NCBI GenBank assembly: GCA_965207445.1
Contig: CBDBLX010000002.1
Coordinates: forward strand, 1,271,849 to 1,335,848
DNA from: Nitrosopumilus sp.
GTDB taxonomy: Archaea > Thermoproteota > Nitrososphaeria > Nitrososphaerales > Nitrosopumilaceae
Length of the DNA: 64,000 bases
Direction of reading: 5' to 3'
The translations under genes and the position numbers were made by a program. The notes beneath the pieces are model-generated. The model was not told where the DNA came from and searched no databases. It saw only the letters and a list, made by a program, of their open reading frames with translations. Shown here in pieces: positions 32,447 to 44,169 of the stretch (within the stretch, counting starts at the first letter, position 1; each line of letters opens with the position of its first letter).

Positions 32447-33178
32447 ATGAAAAAAACTGCAGAGCCTAAGAAAAAATATGGAGATATTATCATAGAGTTA
32501 AAAAAGATCAAGCAGAAAAGATACATCAAAACGAAGAGACGAGGTCCTACAGGTGTCGGAATGACACTGGAAAGTCTAGTTGGAATACAAGAAAACAACA
32601 TATCCGGACCCAACGGGCACCAAACGGAACTAAAATCCACTAGAAAAACATCAATGACCCCACTTACCATATTTTCAAAGTCACCGTTGCCAAAAGGAAT
32701 AAACCAAGAGTTGTGTAAAAATTTTGGTAAATCAACAAATGGAAAAAAGCAACTGTACACTACAATCAATGCAGTGACGCAGAATAGGGTCTATGGTGAA
32801 CCTGGGTTCAGGTTGCTAGTGCACAAATCCAAGATCGCCATCACACATACTAAAGATATCAACATGAGTACTCCATATTGGGACAAGAAAACACTCCAGG
32901 AGGCATTTGAGAGGAAATATTCCAGACATCTCCTTTATGTTCATGCAGAGTCTAAGGGACGTGGCATAAGAGAAGAATTTCACTATACAAAGGCATGGCT
33001 CATACACGGGTTTAGTTTTTCCAGATTTGTAAAATTACTCAAAGAGGGCCATATCAAAGTTGACATAAGGGTTGGCTTGGATGCAAATGGAAAGCCTCAT
33101 GATCATGGTACGGCATTTAGGATTCCAGAAAGCAAGTTTGATCGATTCTTTGCCACTAGACGAATCGTGATGGAATAA
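32447..33178 (+). CDS. MvaI/BcnI-family type II restriction endonuclease
   Basis: GPTGVGMTLESLVGIQENN, ELKS and HDHGTAFRI motifs. Confidence 0.9.
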   Translation: MKKTAEPKKKYGDIIIELKKIKQKRYIKTKRRGPTGVGMTLESLVGIQENNISGPNGHQTELKSTRKTSMTPLTIFSKSPLPKGINQELCKNFGKSTNGKKQLYTTINAVTQNRVYGEPGFRLLVHKSKIAITHTKDINMSTPYWDKKTLQEAFERKYSRHLLYVHAESKGRGIREEFHYTKAWLIHGFSFSRFVKLLKEGHIKVDIRVGLDANGKPHDHGTAFRIPESKFDRFFATRRIVME

Positions 33179-33477
33179 TGGAATTTGCCAAAGTGCTTTG
33201 TACAAGTTGTGTCTGTTGATCTGCCGAATTTCTCCACCAATTGCCCCAGTTGATTCGAGACGGTAAAGGGGAGGATTTTGTAAAGTGTCACCATACTAAT
33301 CCTTTAGTCCTGATTTTAGCTTTGCGTTGTGTCCATTGGGGCCTGCAAAGTTGTTCTCTTTATGATTAGCAGATCCTCCGGCATTTTGTCTATTCCAGTA
33401 TTGCAAGGCCTGTGGGTTTGGACGTATCTTATGTTTCTGATATCTGGTCTACAAGCTCGCTGCATTGTTGCAAATTA

Positions 33478-34794
33478 TCACCTCATTATAAGTATGGTCT
33501 CTCTGGTCATGGTTTTTCCTGTCTCGTTTGTGATGTTCTCTGGTGCGTTCTTTGATGGCATGGCCTTGTTTGGTATGTCACGGTATATCACATCCTCCAC
33601 AGTAAGTCCATACTTTGTTCCTAACTCTGCGAGTATGGTGTCAGTTGGGACTGTAACTCGTCTTACGGTGCGGTTGGCAACAACAAAACATGCGTGGCTT
33701 TTTTTAAGAGCCATGACGTGCGATATCTGATCAATGCAACGATCCAAATCCAAGAAGAATGCGTATGCTTCTCTATCCCTGCATGGTAGTTTGTTTTTTG
33801 TGAGCTTTATATCATTCTTGTATATCTTGTCAAGAGTCCGGTTCAATGTAGGCGATCCAAGATCGTCCATATCGTTGTACATCTTGCCGCCGAGTCCTGT
33901 CTTGTCCACATGCAAAACGTGTTCACCTGGCAGATCAAGCCAATGGCCTAAATGCCTTGAGAATTGTCCGTATGCAACCGTAGTTTTATGATCGCCATAT
34001 GGTGGTGATGTAACCATCAGGTTTACCTTGCCGTCGTTTAAAACGTGTTGCATATTTTCAAAATTGGAGCGTATGTTTCTAGTATCACCTAGTACAGGGT
34101 ACGCCGTACCGGACGGCTCTGCTGCTGCCCTGAGATCATTCATCCTTCTTATATTATCCCTTGTTATATCTGCAAAGATGTCTATTGGTTCTGGGTTAAA
34201 TTTGAGTCTATCCTCATTTGAGATTCTATGTATTTTCCAAGCTCCGTTTCTCTGATAGCTTGACTTTCTGACCGTAAGAGATAGACACACCTTGAAAAAG
34301 TCCAAAATATCGGAATTTGCTATGCGGTAAACATTGTGCTTTAGTATGGCAAGTGACGTTAACGTGTCCTGGTGAAACCAATTCTCTGTGTCATATGAGG
34401 TCGGGATACAACTATCATGATCTTTGCCATCTAGCGAGTCACGTGCTGATCTTTTCAAAATGGACTCTAGATGTCTTGAGAGATCTGCTTTGAGCGGTGT
34501 GGTCTTTACTTTTGAGAGAAGTACGGCAAATGGATTCACATCTATTCCTATGGCGTTATTTCCGTGCAGTATTGCCTCCAACAGCACTCCTCCGGAACCC
34601 ATAAACGGATCTAGGATCACATCTGATCTGTCTTTTGCATATTTGGAGATGATCTTTCTTGCTATCTCAGGGTGCATTCTTGCAGGATACAGGTGTATGG
34701 CATGGGTGTATTTTCTCGTACTTTTATCTAAAAACGTCCATTCGCCACGTTGCCTGGACTTGACTGACAAATCTCTACTTAGTGCTTGAGCCAT
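33478..34794 (-). CDS. N4-cytosine DNA methyltransferase, partner of the MvaI-like REase
   Basis: HLYPARM, DPFMGSG and TSPPYGD motifs. Confidence 0.9.
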   Translation of the reverse strand: MAQALSRDLSVKSRQRGEWTFLDKSTRKYTHAIHLYPARMHPEIARKIISKYAKDRSDVILDPFMGSGGVLLEAILHGNNAIGIDVNPFAVLLSKVKTTPLKADLSRHLESILKRSARDSLDGKDHDSCIPTSYDTENWFHQDTLTSLAILKHNVYRIANSDILDFFKVCLSLTVRKSSYQRNGAWKIHRISNEDRLKFNPEPIDIFADITRDNIRRMNDLRAAAEPSGTAYPVLGDTRNIRSNFENMQHVLNDGKVNLMVTSPPYGDHKTTVAYGQFSRHLGHWLDLPGEHVLHVDKTGLGGKMYNDMDDLGSPTLNRTLDKIYKNDIKLTKNKLPCRDREAYAFFLDLDRCIDQISHVMALKKSHACFVVANRTVRRVTVPTDTILAELGTKYGLTVEDVIYRDIPNKAMPSKNAPENITNETGKTMTRETILIMR

Positions 34795-35126
34795 AGTTGA
34801 GATGCTTTGGCCTAGTACACTAATAAAAGATTCCCGAATGCATCAGTCCGACAAAAAACAAAATTGGTATCAGCGCGGCATAGAATCTGTTTTGTGCGCG
34901 CTCAATGTTTCACCTGCATGTCATTTTGGTCTTGGTAACTTTTGATACACAATATATACTCATATAAAATACTCATACAATACTTTTATGCGTTCTGTTG
35001 TAAATGCACTTGTCGTCTTGTCATCTATTTGGTTACTTTTTTTTGTCAAACAACATATTGTACACAATGGACTACGCACATATTCGCGCGCTTTGTATGC
35101 ATCCAAAGCTGATTTTATTGCCATAT

Positions 35127-36304
35127 CAATAGTTCAAAAAGTGACGGTGTCACGAAGGGCCGAACGCATTAAAAATCCGCGCAATCTGGGACTTTAGAAA
35201 GCCCGTGATTACTGCCACAGACGATCATGACATACAGGTTAATTTTGAAAAGATTGACGACGAGTATATGACAGCAGGCAAGCCAAAGGGCAGAACCGGC
35301 AAGATGCTACTGTACACCACGGTGCAGATTGTGGGACGCTCAACCAGTCTTACACGCCGTGCATCACACGGGAAAAACCATGCAAAAGAGGCGATTGTAG
35401 GCACACAACTTGGACAGATATGTGATGCCAGAGTCGTATCAAAAACACATTTGCTTGACAGGGGGTTTTACAAAGTCGGGGTCATAAAAATACCTGATGC
35501 CAAAAGGCAGCAGTATGTAATGCCTGCAAGATGGAGCAAAAAAATCGACGATATTGTAGCTGCATATGATGCATAAAAGGGATTGGGGGTGTGCTACCGT
35601 ACGAGATCAGAGGTGGCAGCGGCAAATTCGTAATGACAACGCTTGTAATCGTAAAAAGAAAGGGTGCGAAAAAGAGTGCTCTCCTGCAAAAAAAAATATC
35701 TGGTATTTGTAACCAACGCATACAGACACAGAGCCAAAAGCATACTTGCAAACATACCAAAGATATACAAAAAACACTGGGGAATAGAAACTAGATACAG
35801 GTGCGCAAAGCAGTGCAGTCCGCTCACATGTAGCAGAAACTCGTCTATCAGACTGGTACTGTTTTACTTTATTATAATCATATATGACGCATGGAACATG
35901 ACAAACTGGTTCATACGCAAAGAGATTCCTGACAGATCTAATGTGCATCCTCCGCTGACTTGTACCGGATGCTTGAAAAAATCTACGGCACGTGCAAGAA
36001 AATGATACTCAGAAACGTTGCTGCGAGCCAGTTCTTTTTGGAAGACATCCGATTATGCCCTGCCTCAAAAATACCACAAGCACAATACAAAATACGACGT
36101 GCCAAATCACGGGAAGATAAAAATCGGGCCCCGCCTGCGCACGTCATGTTGTGGCGCGCCGAATCGGGCTTGCAAACCCACCTGATCATCTGTACGATAC
36201 ATATGTTTTCTACCTTGCAATAGTGTCACTGACCTTACACGCGACATGTAGTGACAATGTACCTGAATCCGGACTCAAACACTGATTTACTTTTTGAACT
36301 ACTG
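35127..36304 (+). mobile_element. Degenerate ISH3-like element (second subfamily)
   Basis: TIR CAATAGTTCAAAAAGT / ACTTTTTGAACTACTG; fragments with LDRGFY and YKKHWGIET. Confidence 0.8.
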
Positions 36305-36309
36305 GTATC

Positions 36310-36807
36310 CCCGACAACAAAATCTTGCGCATAAAATCCTGCTCAGATTTGCGTGCCTGTTCATAATACAGCCAGTAACCTTTGCGTCGCTTGTGCTACT
36401 GCTCTGTCACTGTACGGTCTGCCTCCATAATATGTTCTTATTTAAAACCCACACACTAAATTTACACAAACAATAATCAGACGCTACGATCGTCACAAAC
36501 CATGCATTGTAATAGGCGTCATTCTCTGTGTAGCATAGCATGTTATGGCAACCTACCACACACACGTCGTCGTTTCACACTTCACAAACGATACGTTGAT
36601 AAGATTGGCTAGTCAACGTTGTTCAGCATCCCCTTTGGTCATTTTGCAATCATTCAATTGGGATGCTCCTATATGTGACTTTTAGTAAGCTAGCAGATAC
36701 TTTCATATATGATCTTGTTAAATTTATACACATAAAACCCTGGCGATATTTGCAGATGACTGCAAGTACGATGCAGGTGGCGATTTGATGAATTACGCAC
36801 CAACCTC
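36310..36807 (-). mobile_element. Truncated left part of the IS5-like element
   Basis: Reverse-complement homolog of 18151-18645, with TIR. Confidence 0.85.
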
Positions 36808-36819
36808 GCACAAGGTCTA

Positions 36820-37383
36820 TCATCTATTATTTATATCAGATGTCCTTGCATTAGATATCATATCTAAAAGTTCCTCCCTTTCAATCAACTTAATATTACA
36901 TGCCTTTGCCTGCTCTATTGCTGCCTTTGTAAAATATGAGTTTGTTATAACCCAGCCTTTTTTGCAATTATGCTTTGCCATACCTGCATAAACTTCCTGC
37001 ACTGCCGAGTTTGAGACGATGCTCTTGTAGCGCTTTGCTTGAATTGCAATTGTCTCTTTATTTTTATGTATAATCAAGTCTACACCAAAATCACCTGACT
37101 TGCCCATATGCCTTGTAGTATAACCCAACTTTATGAAGACTGCCTCTAATAACTCTTCGAACTCTGTGCCACTCATTGAGTCAATGTTGCCTGCATAAAG
37201 CATTGCGATTTTGCGCCTCTTTTGTTCTCTATGTCTAAGATACAACACCAAAACAAGTATTACAATAGGTATAATCCCCACGGCAGGATGTATCGTCGTA
37301 TATAGAAAGATAGAACCAACTAATGTAAAGAGAACTAATGCCCCAAGCGGGCTTGATTTGCGGGAGCGTCTTGGCATACACAC
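36820..37383 (-). CDS. Mrr-like restriction endonuclease with N-terminal TM helices
   Basis: MSGTEFEE, DFGVDL, IQAKRY and ITNSYFT motifs. Confidence 0.9.
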   Translation of the reverse strand: MCMPRRSRKSSPLGALVLFTLVGSIFLYTTIHPAVGIIPIVILVLVLYLRHREQKRRKIAMLYAGNIDSMSGTEFEELLEAVFIKLGYTTRHMGKSGDFGVDLIIHKNKETIAIQAKRYKSIVSNSAVQEVYAGMAKHNCKKGWVITNSYFTKAAIEQAKACNIKLIEREELLDMISNARTSDINNR

Positions 37384-38029
37384 TTTTCTTAAAGACTATT
37401 TTTTAAGATTACTTTATCCACTACGGCAGTCTTGGGCTTTGTACCTTTTTTGTCTGCATGACGGTTTTTGTCAGAGCCACCAAAGAAAGATTCATCTATT
37501 TCGACTATTCAAATTTATCAACGAACACATATTTGATTATAATTTTACCAAATTCTGGAAACGAAGACCGCCCAAAGGGGCAATACGTCCAATCGTCAGA
37601 TTGGAAGATGAACTGAGTTCTAAAGCAAAGGAATGCAACATAACCATTCCGATAGCAATAGCAGCAAAAAAAAATAAAAAGATGAACTAGCAGTATGAAA
37701 TTGCATTATCACTCAGATACATCTTCTCTCAACATGATTATCGCTACGTGTAAGCACACATCATAACCATCCATCTCAATCTTGATTTTTATTCCATTCT
37801 TTAGTGTATGATCGTACATATTGCAACATACTGCCATAATTTTGAACATAAAAATAGTCATATTGTGATTTCCTGTAACGTTTTCACAATTGGACTTTAC
37901 TACATGTGATTATTTCAGGCACGAAATCACAAAAATTCATTGTACAGGAACTTATACTCGTCGCTATAGTGACGTGCATAAAGAGCAGCATGATGGCACG
38001 ATCCGTTGAGATAACATCATTTCCAGACT

Positions 38030-38851
38030 CTACACTTTTAGTATCTTATTAATTTCATTTGATTTTATAATTCCAACTTTATGATATATCTCTAAAAGAT
38101 CCTCATATGTGCCACCTCCTCCCAAAAAATCCCAGTATTGTTTTCCAATTATGGTTTGTCGCTTAATGTCAATATGTTTTGTCGCAAAACTATGTTTGTA
38201 TTCTTTTCCTTCCCCGTATGGATTGTAAGCCATGGCAAAATATGTCTTGACTTTGGGTTGTGTAATTTTGAGCATAGCATGAATCCACAAGTGTTTTCTT
38301 GTGATATTTAGACACTGTTCTTTATTTGGTTTGGGCGACTTTATCTCAAAAAATATCTCTTCGTCGTTATGGCTTTTCAGGTATAGATCCGAAGTTACAG
38401 ACCTGGTTACTCGTTTGCCAGAATCACGTTCTTCCATATTCACTATTTTTTCCACCAATTCAAAATAGTTGGGTAATCCACGTCCTTGGTTTATGCGTCC
38501 TATTTCATCACTGATCTCAGTATCTACTGTTTCAAGCATGCTCCCTTTTGTGTTGTGTTGCAGTTCGGCTTTGGTAAATCTTGTTTTGGCAATTATTGCA
38601 GAATGACGTTCATAAGAGTTCCCTAAAAGAGTGGAGAATAAGCGTTCAAAACTGGACATTCGGGCGAATGTTTTTGGTAAAAGTGCCTCGTGAAATGGCT
38701 TTGCCTGCGCTAGGTGTTCTACATATTTAATATTGGTACTATTAGTTTTGGCGTATTCGGATTTCTTTTTCTCCAACATGTCGTTTATCCACGCGCACAT
38801 ATCTGCCTCGATATGGTCTACTACTGATTTACTGAGAGTCATAACCCACAA
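38030..38851 (-). CDS. Type II restriction endonuclease, TdeIII-like
   Basis: FERLFSTLLG, DLYL, EIKSPKPNK and AYNPYG motifs. Confidence 0.8.
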   Translation of the reverse strand: MWVMTLSKSVVDHIEADMCAWINDMLEKKKSEYAKTNSTNIKYVEHLAQAKPFHEALLPKTFARMSSFERLFSTLLGNSYERHSAIIAKTRFTKAELQHNTKGSMLETVDTEISDEIGRINQGRGLPNYFELVEKIVNMEERDSGKRVTRSVTSDLYLKSHNDEEIFFEIKSPKPNKEQCLNITRKHLWIHAMLKITQPKVKTYFAMAYNPYGEGKEYKHSFATKHIDIKRQTIIGKQYWDFLGGGGTYEDLLEIYHKVGIIKSNEINKILKV

Positions 38852-39999
38852 ACCAATATATCTTCATTAAAATTACTCGCGCGACGCCCAGACCGCCGGT
38901 TCACCTCGCGCGTAAGTCTCTTTTTTATGGTTAGACCACCATCAGTCACTATATCTTCATACAAGCTTAGTTTGTCGTTGACTATTATTATAAATCGACT
39001 GTTTTTGTCAAAAGAAGACTCTTGTATATTTTTGATAGTTTTACTTATGCCTCTCTTGTAATTTGCAATGGCATTTTTACTGGTCCCTTCTTTTTTGCGC
39101 CCTATCTCTAAATGACTATTGTCTTCAAGACCTAAAAGCTCGTAGGCATATTTGTGCTGGTCATGGTAATCGATCAGTCCTATATAGGGTGGAGATGTAA
39201 AGACGTGGCTAATCTTAATGTTGGAAAAATCAAAAGTACTAGAGTCACCATGTATGGGTTTTGTGTAGACATTCTTGCGTATGTGTTGAAATTCCGATAT
39301 CCTTTTTACTACATCTTTACAATATCTCTTCAGAAATATCTTACTGTTTTTTGTGGGATGGCATATTTTACCATGCTTTAGGCAAAAATAGTCCGTGTCG
39401 TAGGGTTTTTTTGGAAAATCTACTTCATAGTGAGCAATCATTCTAGAAGATCTAGCTGATCTAGAGAGAATTATTTTTAGCACATCCTGATGATCATAAT
39501 TTGGTATAAGGTTCTTGAATACAAGTAGTGGGTGTAACGCTTCTGGATGATACCATGTCTTTAGGTATTCTGAATTTGTTTCTTCGATTTTGACTCTAGT
39601 TTTTTTAGGTATATGATCATCTAAGGATGATGTTGAAGTTACCGCAAGTGTTTGTTTCAGTATTGCATTTGTAGTTTTTTGCAGCTTGACAATATCATAT
39701 TTTTTTGTTTTAACATTACACAGCATTGTATTGAACTTGCTTATGTCAAATCCAATGGATGGGATTCCATTGACGTTTGACTCTACAAGAGTTGTTCCAG
39801 ATCCCATAAATGGATCACAAATAAGATTGGATCTTTTCATGTCGTGCTTTAAAAAATACTCTACTAACTGAGGCACAAACTTGCCCAAGTATGGGTGTAG
39901 ACTATGAACATGTTTGGTTCTTATCTTTTGTGGCAAGTCTCTTTCTGTCCAGCACAACTGTTTGATTAGTTCAGGTTGCGCCTTCATGTATTGTGCCAA
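38839..39999 (-). CDS. N4-cytosine-type DNA methyltransferase
   Basis: HPYLGKF, DPFMGSGTT and TSPPY motifs; overlaps the REase. Confidence 0.9.
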   Translation of the reverse strand: MAQYMKAQPELIKQLCWTERDLPQKIRTKHVHSLHPYLGKFVPQLVEYFLKHDMKRSNLICDPFMGSGTTLVESNVNGIPSIGFDISKFNTMLCNVKTKKYDIVKLQKTTNAILKQTLAVTSTSSLDDHIPKKTRVKIEETNSEYLKTWYHPEALHPLLVFKNLIPNYDHQDVLKIILSRSARSSRMIAHYEVDFPKKPYDTDYFCLKHGKICHPTKNSKIFLKRYCKDVVKRISEFQHIRKNVYTKPIHGDSSTFDFSNIKISHVFTSPPYIGLIDYHDQHKYAYELLGLEDNSHLEIGRKKEGTSKNAIANYKRGISKTIKNIQESSFDKNSRFIIIVNDKLSLYEDIVTDGGLTIKKRLTREVNRRSGRRASNFNEDILVCGL

Positions 40000-40021
40000 A
40001 CTTGGTCCATTTTAAATTTTG

Positions 40022-41024
40022 GTAATACGTAACTATTTGGACCTTGAAAAAGTACATATTAATAAATAATTTCACGCCGAGATCGTATCTAATAATCATC
40101 CAAAAATCTTGGCAAATAATTTGATAAAAAACAAGGCATTTTTTGTCAAGAAAAGATGAGCAGAACGGCGAGTTTGTCCAAAATGCAATCACAGGTCACT
40201 AAATCACTTGAATTCTAGATATCAATGTAAGTGATGTAAATACAAGTTTGGTGATTTTACAAACACCTACCTTGACCAACTTTACATACCATTAGATACA
40301 GTTTCACATTTTGCATATCTGTTTGTTCTTGGAGTTCCTGCATATCAAATAAGATTCTATGAGGATGTTAATCTTCGCCATTGAGCAAACATTCATGTTA
40401 TTCAGACAGTCAATATATGACACATCTCCAAAATTCGTCTTTGATAACAAAGCAGAATTGGATGAGGCAATGTTTAAAGGTCATAAAAAAGGAAAATGTG
40501 ACCGGGAGCTGCAGGAAAACACTCGTCTTTGGCACATGTTCTAGAAATGGACAAATTTGTACATTTATCGTGTCTAATCGAAAGCAAAAAAAAAAACACT
40601 CAGACCCATAATTGAAAAGCATGCTATGTCATTTCTTGTACTAAACAGATGAACATAATACTGAATACGGCACACTTGATGAACTTGATACACATCAAGT
40701 GGTGACTCATAGTAAGGATGAATATGTTAGAGATGATGTGCACATAAACAGTGTTGAAGGTTTTTGGAGTTTTGCCAAAAATTTTTTGTATGTACTGTGG
40801 TGTTCCAAAATTATATTTCCCATTATATCGCAAGTATATCGAGTTTGGATACAACCACAGAGACAAAAATTTGTTTGAACTCTTGACAGATATTCTGGTT
40901 AAAGATATTTCAAAGATAGAGTCAAGTATTCAAGTCATTCCAGACCCATTATATAAAAGATCATTTAATGTGTAATTAAATGTTCAAATATACAAAAAAT
41001 CAGGTCCAGATAGTTACGTATTAC
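40022..41024 (+). mobile_element. Degenerate IS1595-family element
   Basis: 23-bp TIR GTAATACGTAACTATYTGGACCT; fragments ELDEAMF and HINSVEGFWSFAK. Confidence 0.85.
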
Positions 41025-41276
41025 TCATTATTTTTTCAAGGTAATAATGAGTGATGATATCTGCTTATCACCTCGCGCATTGACCTTGCAATATGATCTA
41101 GAGTACTAGTTGTGTGTCAAGTGGTAATTCAACTGGGCTTACTACACGCATTGACCTTGCGATCTGATCTAGTATACGTAGTGCGTGGGCAGATAATCAA
41201 GTCAAAGCCGTATCTGTTGTTACTCTGGGCTTGGGGGGCCCGAACGGTTACTCACGAATTCACACCAGCGTCCCAT

Positions 41277-41504
41277 TCAGTATGATTTTTTTATCAGGTA
41301 TATTCCAGACACTAGGAATGGAATGCCATACAGTGCAAGGATAACTCCATTACTAAAAAACTCTGGCGGTGGTTCTACCAAATTCCCCTCGTAATCCATT
41401 ATCAATCCACCGCCAAATACAGTTATGAGAGAAGATGTCAGTCTCAAATAAAACATTCCAGATATAAAGACCAGTGTTATGCCCGCAACAGTTTTTCTGT
41501 TCAT
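41277..41504 (-). CDS. Small two-TM membrane protein
   Basis: 75 aa; directly downstream of the secreted protein. Confidence 0.7.
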   Translation of the reverse strand: MNRKTVAGITLVFISGMFYLRLTSSLITVFGGGLIMDYEGNLVEPPPEFFSNGVILALYGIPFLVSGIYLIKKSY

Positions 41505-41531
41505 GATGAAAAATAAAGGGTTGATAATATA

Positions 41532-42428
41532 TCAGTTTAGGGATATGTTGCTAATTGAAGTCTCTGTCTCTACGCGGTTGGTTGCCTCAACCCACTGCGT
41601 CAGTTCATTAGTCTCACAGTCTCCTTTTGAGTCGAAGTTTGGCTCATATGTATTGGAAGATGTAGCTACATTTCCAGTTACGCTTATGACCTTTCTCACC
41701 GTATCCATCTGAAAATCTACGCTGGAGTGGTGCGTTGGTTGGTCAAGACACGTAGCACTGTAAAAGACAACATTTCCTGTAAACATCATAAACCACCACG
41801 TTGCAGTAGAGGTTCCAGCATTCCATCCTGAAGCAACAGCAGAACAATAGAGGGGACCAAGGTCTAGTGGGAGACACGGAACACTTGTAACCGCATCTCT
41901 TTTCAGGGCAAGGTCTGTTTGATGAACATAATGCAGATTTGATTCGTTGTCAAATCCAACGACATTCTTTGTGCTTGCTCCTTCAATAGACTCTTTGACT
42001 TCCTCGATCTTCTCCATCCAGTATTTTGGATTGGCATCCAATCTATCCTTCGTTGTCACTCCCAAATCCTCCAGTTCAAATTGCAGTCGCGCTAAATCTC
42101 TATTCAACTGCTTGGTATCTTCTCCCTCATTTTCTGCTATTTCGAGTTTTTCCTTTATTTTTGCATATTCTGTTAATTTCTCAAAAACTTTAGTTCCATA
42201 ACCGTCAAGTGATAAAATAAATTTTCTAAGTTCAATAACGTATTCGGCTTTTTCCGTATCCGAATAATCTTTTACTCCTTCACCAGCATTTAGGAGAAGT
42301 TTTTCATACGCTGAACGTTCTTGTATGTCATTTGTATTTGATTCTGCTTCTGTAAGTCCCATTACTCCAAAGAGAGTGATTGCTGCCACAATAGTGAATA
42401 GTGTTGTAGTTGTGTTTCTTGCATTCAT
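41532..42428 (-). CDS. Secreted hypothetical protein (helical N-half, Cys-containing beta C-half)
   Basis: Signal peptide; 298 aa. Confidence 0.75.
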   Translation of the reverse strand: MNARNTTTTLFTIVAAITLFGVMGLTEAESNTNDIQERSAYEKLLLNAGEGVKDYSDTEKAEYVIELRKFILSLDGYGTKVFEKLTEYAKIKEKLEIAENEGEDTKQLNRDLARLQFELEDLGVTTKDRLDANPKYWMEKIEEVKESIEGASTKNVVGFDNESNLHYVHQTDLALKRDAVTSVPCLPLDLGPLYCSAVASGWNAGTSTATWWFMMFTGNVVFYSATCLDQPTHHSSVDFQMDTVRKVISVTGNVATSSNTYEPNFDSKGDCETNELTQWVEATNRVETETSISNISLN

Positions 42429-43437
42429 CGAAGCAACGCTTTTTGTTCTATATTTAAAACTTCATGCATAGGGGAGGGTAACCGTTCGGTAAGGGTTCAG
42501 TTCTAATCATAATACCGTATAACCATATCTGTAAAAATTGGAGATAAGTGTAGATATGTGTCAAAATTCAAACAGGATTCGTGCTCGTGATCGGTGTGAC
42601 CATTTAATCAAATTGTGATGAATATTTTTTGACTACATATACTTAAATACAGATACGGATATTCGTCATTGAAGATAACAAAATGACGAATAGAAGTATC
42701 AGTAAGAAAGTATCATGGAATACGAATTTAACACTATGGGTAAATAGACATTCTTGCATTAATTGTGGGTAGAAGTTACTGACTTCCTATTCGTCCATTC
42801 CGCACAGCACACGGCGCCCAGCCCCGCCCACCATTCACCTGCACGTGTGCTAGGCACCGCCGGTGTGTATGTGGTAGAGAGGGGTACGCTCATGACGACT
42901 ACTGTGGGTTGTCGGCAGGTCGTCTTACTGCAGTCACCGTGTATGCGAGTGGAGAAAAAGAAAGTAGCATGGGGTACACCATGTACAGTGGCGAGTGACG
43001 TTCATTTACCATACATCATCCACTTTTTCATGCCTCCACGCATGCATTCTCGATGAGTGTTCTCCATATGTCCATACCATGTATCATTACACCTGCGGCC
43101 TGTGCCGGGGTGCATCCTAGCGAGCTGTGAACGCGCACAAAATTGTACCATATTGTAAACATGTAGAACAGGTACGAGTAGACGCGCTTTACGTCCCATC
43201 AACTCATAAAATATCCGCTAGATGTCATTGAAAGCACTCATGTCCGTTGTTGTTCTTTTTATCATGCTTGTTTATTCCCGCGTCATTGATGTGCACGTAT
43301 TTTACGGCCGCACGTCTGCCTGAGATATCCGCGGGAGCGCCCCAGGGGTGTCTTTTGATTTTGATTTTCTTGCCGAGTCGGGATCCACAATGTGTACACT
43401 GTGATCATCAACTGCGTTTTTTGGAGCAAGCAGTACC

Positions 43438-43731
43438 TCATGCCACTTGATGTGATGCGAGTTTAATTGCACGTTTCGTTATCCTCACGTTTAGTACTGC
43501 CAACTTGCTACCATTCATGGTTTTGTAGTTCTCGCACAGTCCCTCTCTGGCGGGTGGTATGTTGTCAGCAACGCTTTGCTTCTCAAAGTGTTCCAGCCAA
43601 GTGACTGACAGACAACTGCCGTCCTTGTTTTTGAGTTCGAATGCGCCATGACCACGTATTTTGTCTTCATCTAAGGGGCGTGGAGAACAACACCTCGCCA
43701 CATGATCAGCATCACAAACATTCATAGTCAT
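43438..43731 (-). CDS. Hypothetical protein, possible ART/RES-fold toxin, probably 3'-truncated
   Basis: HVARCC...AF...LSVTWLEHF; ATGA overlap with the upstream gene. Confidence 0.45.
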   Translation of the reverse strand: MTMNVCDADHVARCCSPRPLDEDKIRGHGAFELKNKDGSCLSVTWLEHFEKQSVADNIPPAREGLCENYKTMNGSKLAVLNVRITKRAIKLASHQVA

Positions 43732-44162
43732 GTCATCATGGTTTTGTGGATAAAGTAGCGAGCGTGTATTATTGCCTGATCTGGGGACACAGTTCCACTT
43801 AGATTGTGCCGCTTGGTTTTCTGATCCCACCTACCATACAAAAGCGTAAAGACGATATTGTCGGAGTCTTGAAAATTCATGACGAGTGTGCCTTGTCGCG
43901 GATGCCTCCAAGTTGCCTGTACGAGTCCTTTAGTCGTTATCGTGATTTGCGGAGTCATACCGTGGTTCTTTATCATGAATATGGCGAAACTACGTAACGA
44001 GTCCAGTTTGATGCCTTCCTCGTCTTCTTCGGTGACGTCATACAGATACTGTAGGCGCTTGGCAAAGTCCCCCAACCCCCTCGTTACCATCTCATTGATT
44101 ACCTTGTCCTTGCCCATACGGACAATGGACTTTGTATTGAGGCGTCGTTCATTGTGTGTCAT
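43728..44162 (-). CDS. Hypothetical protein, translationally coupled partner
   Basis: 144 aa; starts next to the ISH3 remnant end and may be 5'-truncated. Confidence 0.6.
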   Translation of the reverse strand: MTHNERRLNTKSIVRMGKDKVINEMVTRGLGDFAKRLQYLYDVTEEDEEGIKLDSLRSFAIFMIKNHGMTPQITITTKGLVQATWRHPRQGTLVMNFQDSDNIVFTLLYGRWDQKTKRHNLSGTVSPDQAIIHARYFIHKTMMT

Positions 44163-44169
44163 ATTACGT

